A program made the translations under genes and the position numbers. Shown here piece after piece: positions 62,901 through 64,000 of a DNA stretch of 64,000 nt (the first letter of the stretch is position 1; each line of letters opens with the position of its first letter). The stretch is from Bilabrum cf. latius (taxonomy: Eukaryota). The DNA lies in assembly GCA_965178125.1 (NCBI GenBank), contig OZ237742.1:1-64000 (forward strand), written 5' to 3'. The notes beneath the pieces are model-generated. The model was not told the DNA's origin, ran no database searches, and was given only the letters and a program-made list of their open reading frames with translations.

Positions 62901-63636
62901 CCTTCGTGCCACCGCCTCTGCTCCACAACCACCATTTCATCACCATCACTACGAGCATGTGGTGGCAGTGCGGTCTCTTGTGCGGGCTTGTCCCTACCCG
63001 AAGCGGCAGGGGAGACAGGTCTGACAGGACCAGGAAGATGCCGGCCTTGCCGCTTCTTTCGCTAGGACCGCCGACCTGAACTTGAATTGACGACCACATT
63101 ATGCGAATCTTTGTGAACTCCTCGGCGACTGCTACGATGCCCATGCCTTCGATTTCGCCTTGACGTGGCTTCCCGTGGTACCGAGGATGCCACCTTGTCA
63201 TCTGCGGGGTCTTCCCTGTCCTGCCTGCCAAGTATTCCATCGGCCGCCACACCACGTGGACTTCCTGCAATACTCTTGTGCACATAAGCATCCAGCTTGC
63301 GCATTCCAAAAGAGCTCCTTTCATCGTTGATTCCGTCGAATCGACCAGTATCTGCGATACGTACAGATAAGGATAGGATGCGCAGTACTATCCAGGAGCC
63401 GACGCAAGGAGAATTGTCATGAACGAACTGCACACACCTTCGGGGATATCGTCTTGGGATGGAGCGATACTGCTCGCACGGGGTGATACGAACAACGCCT
63501 GCTTCCGCCTCTTTCTGCTACCTCGGCTCTGTCTTTGCAGCTACGGAGAGAGACCATCGTCCGAGAGATTCGCAAGACCTATTGATCCTGATTCATTGCT
63601 ATCAACAGGAGACAGGGCACTAATTGGCGACACCAT
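56991..63636 (-). CDS. Anoctamin/TMEM16 family protein (ANO10/ANO8-like), ~2,150 aa with very long N-terminus; introns 63352-63437 and 57431-57528
   Basis: FPLH, QPLDRIAAYFGETVAFYFAWLEYYT, FLECWKRRNNELAYKWG, LNDWENHRT, KVFSFRFVNCFISLFYYAF, DYAEM/LIQFGYVTFFSWAFPLAP, NNLIEMRTDAYK, IGVW. One frame open 57529-63351 with only TAGs; TGA stop. The first exon is less certain. Confidence 0.9.
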
Positions 63637-64000
63637 GATTGCCCCAATTGTGTGACCTCAACGTTCGCGAAGGATGAAATAGCACGTTACAAAGGAACCG
63701 CAACGGCGATTGCTCAAGTTTGCACCGTAGCAGCAAATATTAGCCGCAATTGCAGCAATTACTTGCTTTACGAACCTGCTTTTTAATCTTTCAAGGTATC
63801 CAGCGGTTCTGATTGGAATACAACCATGCAGTTGTCAGGTGCAGCAGCTCCATTTTTTGGATCCATGTTCTTTCGAGAGGATTTTGACTTTGCCCCGTAA
63901 GTCTACCGCAGCCGGGGTGATAATCGGAGTACCATTTATTCTGGTGCTGAAGGGATCCGCTGATCATCGCGCTGCTCCAATTCTTTGCAAGTCGCAGGTT

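Noticed and set aside
36725-63636. Pseudogene cluster or pyrrolysine/selenocysteine explanation for in-frame stops
   Set aside because: Interruptions are exclusively TAG, with no frameshifts, intact motifs and Gln-column placement; decay would also give TAA/TGA and indels.
63820-64000. Possible first exon of a plus-strand gene (ATG ~63826/63865, GTAAGT donor ~63897)
   Set aside because: Too short and truncated by the window edge to support.

Overview
Eukaryotic (flagellated protist-like) nuclear DNA that uses a non-standard genetic code: TAG is read as a sense codon (Gln, from invariant motifs in DPH1 and a USP), while TAA and TGA terminate. Reading TAG as Gln merges many fragments of the supplied ORF track into about 14 coherent genes. 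Layout: (1) 1-7.9 kb, two divergent intronless orphan genes, one >1,900 codons and running off the window; (2) 8.2-12.1 kb, a CATGTAGC-based ~21-bp-module satellite; (3) 12.1-31.7 kb, a nested higher-order repeat of 410-, 167- and 155-bp monomers in five super-units; (4) a 60-bp unique linker, then ~46 perfect CCCTAA telomeric repeats and a 53-bp minisatellite, i.e. what looks like a chromosome left end lying in mid-window; (5) 33.6-63.6 kb, a compact gene-dense arm with short GT-AG introns encoding a secreted PPC-like repeat protein, DPH1, DNALI1/p28, ZMYND12/p38-like, regucalcin-like, PHB2, a USP47/USP40-like DUB, an anoctamin and several hypothetical proteins. All family assignments come from motif recognition by eye; no database search was run and the organism cannot be named.
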